Positions 60,487-64,000 of a DNA stretch of 64,000 bases are shown here, piece after piece. The notes beneath the pieces are model-generated. The model was given only the letters and a program-made list of their open reading frames with translations, did no database searches and was not told where the DNA came from. Numbering within the stretch: position 1 is the stretch's first letter; each line of letters starts with the position of its first letter. The stretch comes from Bugula neritina. Taxonomy: Eukaryota; Animalia; Bryozoa. The position numbers and the translations under genes are program-made. The stretch is taken from positions 6,853,190 to 6,917,189 of the forward strand of contig OZ037771.1 of the NCBI GenBank assembly GCA_964035545.1, read 5' to 3'.

Positions 60487-60990
60487 CAGTAGCACTAGCA
60501 GTAGTAGTAGTAGTAGTAGTAGCAGTGGCAGTGGCAGCGGCAGCGGTAGCGGTACTGGTAGCGGTAGCGGTACTGGTAGCGGTAGCGGTACTGGTAGCGG
60601 TAGCGGTACTGGTAGCGGTAGCGGTACTGGTAGCGGTAGCGGTAGCGGTACTGGTAGCGGTAGCGGTACTGGTAGCGGTAGCGGTACTGGTAGCGGTAGC
60701 GGTACTGGTAGCGGTAGCGGTACTGGTAGTACTAGTAGTGGTACTGGTAGTACTGGTAGTACTAGTAATAGTAGTAGTAGTACTGGTAGTACTAGTAGTA
60801 GTAGTACTGGTAGTACTAGTAGTAGTAGTTCTGGTAGTACTAGTAGTAGTAGTAGTAGTACTGGTAGTACTAGTAGTAGTAGTTCTGGTAGTACTGGTAG
60901 TAGTAGTAGTAGTACTGGTAGTACTAGTAATAGTAGTAGTACTAGTAGTAGTAGTACTGGTAGTACTAGTAGTAGTAGTTCTGGTAGTAC

Positions 60991-61025
<35 letters not shown>

Positions 61026-63381
61026 ATACTAGCAGCAGCAGCAACAGCAGAAGCAGTTGCGTTAGTAGCAGTAATAGCAGTAATAGTAGTAGTGAGATGA
61101 TGGTAGATTTTTACAAACTGACTTCACTGCGTAATGCATCTTTATTCTGACTATTGCCTCAAGTTATTTATTTACTTTTTTTCTCATTTAAACAGCCTAT
61201 GTGTTTCAAAAGTTGATCAACTACAATGATACTTTCAATGTGGCGCATCAGATTTGGCTACAAATTTATACTGTGTGGAAAGATTTGCACGTTTTTTAAG
61301 TTGCATACAGATGGTATTTTGTGAGAATTGTTTTCACTTGATTTGTTTTTCAATTCCCAATATGTCTTATAGGAGTGAAATTACTGCCTCTTCGGGAGCC
61401 AGAATAAAGATTCCAGTTAACCGCACCGGCCCCCTCACTGCGGCTCCCTCTGGTGGCTCAACTGGTCTCTCAAAAAGTGGCTCCAATGATTTCAATCTCT
61501 ATGGTTAGTGCGGACATTATTACGGCTCTTGAAAATAAACTAAATGCCGATGGAAAAATGATGTTTAAAATCTTTAATTGTTCTAAAGAAGCTGTTTCAT
61601 ATATTTTTGTTGTAATTATATGCATGTAGTGGATGTAATGTGGTGGAAATCTCATGGTATACACATCTAGTCAGGTTGAATAGGTGGAAGAGAGGGCAAA
61701 TCTGTATTCACTTGCTATCATTCTCATGTAATTTTGTTGCACAACTAAGTTAAATGCCTTATATTCTGTAGAAGCCACTTCTGCTCCACCATCTTCTCTC
61801 CAGTCTGCTGGCAGGGTCGTATCTCCACATCTTCTGCTCAAACAGGAAGGTGAGTCATAACATCGTCTTCTGCAAGATCTAATATTGTCCTCTCATGTGA
61901 CGTCTATAACTGTAGTTGATACAAATCATTGTGAATAGTTTCACACTCTTATTTGTACTTTTATAAGTTGACAAGTGCATAGCTAGCTCATGTTTTCACA
62001 TACTAATGTATTTCTATATTTTTATGTTATATATATTATATCCAAGTCAAACGTTTCTATTTAAAGAATTTGCTGCTAAATTTGCTTCCTTTTTAGTTGT
62101 CTTTGTTTCACAGTCATATATGGTATACTCACATAGTCTGTAACACTGCTTCTCGTGAGATGTGTATTTTATTTATTTCAGTCTCTGCAGTTGCTGTGTG
62201 CCGTTTAATTGGAAATTTTACAGTATGGTATAATTACATAGTACAATATTATAATATAATAGTATAATATAATGTAGTATGATATAATATAACATAAGAG
62301 ATTAGAATATTGTGATGTATTAGTCGTATAGAATGTAAATCAACATGTATTGTATAAGTTAATCACCTGATACAGACTGTTTATTTATACAGAATCTTCA
62401 ATTCAGAGAGTCAACAGTGAGCCGAGGTTGAATAAAGAGAATAACTTGCCGTCAACAGTTAAAACTGGCAGATTCAACACCAGAGGAGGCCAGACATCTG
62501 CCAGCTCCTTGGCTGTCCCCGCATCCATGGCCAACGCGAGAACCAGTAAGTCTAACACTGTCTACTTGTGTTCCCTTGTGTCACAGTTTAGAAGTTGTCT
62601 TTCTCAAGTTGAAACATCCTTGTTTATTCGCAGCTCATCTTGTTTCATTTATTCTCACTTATTCATTTATTGCTTCTTTGTTTATTCTTTGCTCAAAAAC
62701 TTAATCGGTCTTTGCTAGAGTCTGAAGGTCATCTCAATGTCACTTTATCACATCTGCCCAACCGGTCCGCTGACCTAAAGGCATCACGAGGTGCTGCCAT
62801 GCGCACACAACCTCTCATGCAGATCAGAAACAGGGAACATTATGATGAAGGGGCAGATTACTCCGATTATTACGAGGTGAAAAGAATGCCAGGTGAGTAT
62901 TACGTATTCATACATGTATTGAGCTCTTCTTAGCTATTTTTCATATACTTGTATTGTTATGCTTTATCACACTGGCTGCAGTGTTGGTTGTTATGTTTGT
63001 ACAATAATCTTATTTTTTTGATTGATTGAATAACTTTCTATTTACTGCATATATTCGTATACTATTGGAAGATAATAGAATGTTATATCTCATCTGCAGT
63101 TATGTTTTATCTGTGTTATATAATTTGATTTTATATATTTAGATGTAAACCAATGTGTTACTCCCATTGATAAAATGTGTTACTATTTGAATGTTTAGGA
63201 GAGCAACCTACAGCAACTAACACTTCAAATCAAAATACTTCCAACCAATCAAATACTGCCTTACAGAACCATTCGCACAACAATTTGCTCAACCAATCAA
63301 ACTTCAGTCATTTGAACGGCTCAACTCAGTCAAATGACTCATCACCTCAAATGCAATCGTCTGCTAGTCACTCTGCGCCAG
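57984..63381 (+). CDS. SAM + SH2 domain adaptor, BCAR3/SH2D3C (NSP family)-like; 3'-incomplete
   Basis: Phase-consistent exons 57984-58088, 59024-59144, 59323-59502, 60134-60299, 61373-61503, 61772-61849, 62393-62545, 62719-62892, 63199-63381; no stop reached. SAM: VQAWLQSLSLTSYLPFF...LFNITDDEVLALGIQNVADRQQIITSLKLL. NSP-type SH2: LADELRLLPDLRGVAWFHGKISREEAERLV...FLVRES...YVLTC...RHFVINK...ITASSGARIKIPVNRTGPL. Confidence 0.82.
60338..61093. repeat. Compound trinucleotide-periodic repeat: (GTA)n with GTG/GCA/GCG/CTG/CTA variants and a (GTAGCGGTACTG)n block
   Basis: Directly visible; within the intron that interrupts the SH2 domain. Confidence 0.95.
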
Positions 63382-64000
63382 GTTAGACTTTGGAGTTGTC
63401 TTATATTATTATATCGTAATATTATAGACCATGTTATATTAGTAAAGGGAATTGAATACTTTCTGGTTGATAGACTATCTACACTTGATTGTCTAGCATT
63501 GCTTATCAAATCAGCTCAGTTCATAATATGTTGATTGTAACTGAACTTCCTATGTTGATATGCTTTTGCAACTATTTTGTTTTTATCAGATTTATTTGGG
63601 TAAAAGTTACTATAAATAGACTGTGATTGTTGTTGAATGCGTTAGAAGTGGTATTAACTCTTCAATGTTATTGCTAATTGTTAAAATCTGCTACACATTA
63701 TAGAATTGATGTATTTTAATCTTTGTTGTCAATGATTCATAGTTTCTTATCTGTACATCTGCTTTCATTTAACTTTCTACTTTTATACACCCTTAGCCTA
63801 CTAATCTTCTAGTACTTCTTTCTCTACACTATTATTAGTAGCAATGAAACATCTAAATATCTGTATTTGATAGTAAAGAGAATTAGCATGGTTTTGGGTG
63901 ACTTTACTGTCATCTGATGGTGATTATATGTTTCAATAGAGTTGTGAAATTGCTCCTTTTTATCTTAAAACCAAAATTAAAAGCTGGTCTTTATATTTCA

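Noticed and set aside
60262-61100. 255-260 aa Val/Leu-rich ORFs
   Set aside because: Products of the trinucleotide repeat inside an intron; the flanking exons splice in phase without it.

Overview
AT-rich, intron-rich animal genomic DNA (an invertebrate by inference; species not determinable). The ORF track is mostly exon fragments and microsatellite artefacts, so genes were rebuilt by hand from splice sites with phase checks. Family assignments come from remembered motifs, not database searches. Gene order: (1) 3' part of a TMEM121/CECR6-family membrane protein (+, 258-5236); (2) a very divergent Bcl-2-family gene (-, 10378-7677, about 346 aa) with altered BH1/BH2/BH3 motifs and no visible C-terminal anchor; (3) an NSUN7-like RNA m5C methyltransferase homologue (-, about 24332-13292, about 690 aa) whose motif-VI catalytic Cys is replaced by Arg; (4) a TWIK-type two-pore K+ channel (-, 38187-29855, 316 aa); (5) a complete MCCC1 (+, 40341-49264, 15 exons, 715 aa); (6) a spliced but frame-disrupted orphan gene or pseudogene (-, 54361-51298); (7) the 5' part of a BCAR3/SH2D3C (NSP)-like adaptor with an added N-terminal SAM domain (+, from 57984). 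Repeats: at least five copies of a tRNA-derived SINE, a hAT-type MITE with an 8-bp TSD, several fold-back elements, a perfect 57-bp palindrome, a 1.26-kb uninterrupted (TG)n tract, and short tandem arrays that duplicate splice sites. No prokaryotic systems, CRISPR arrays or rRNA genes are present. The best novelty candidates are the atypical Bcl-2 protein and the predicted dead NSUN7.
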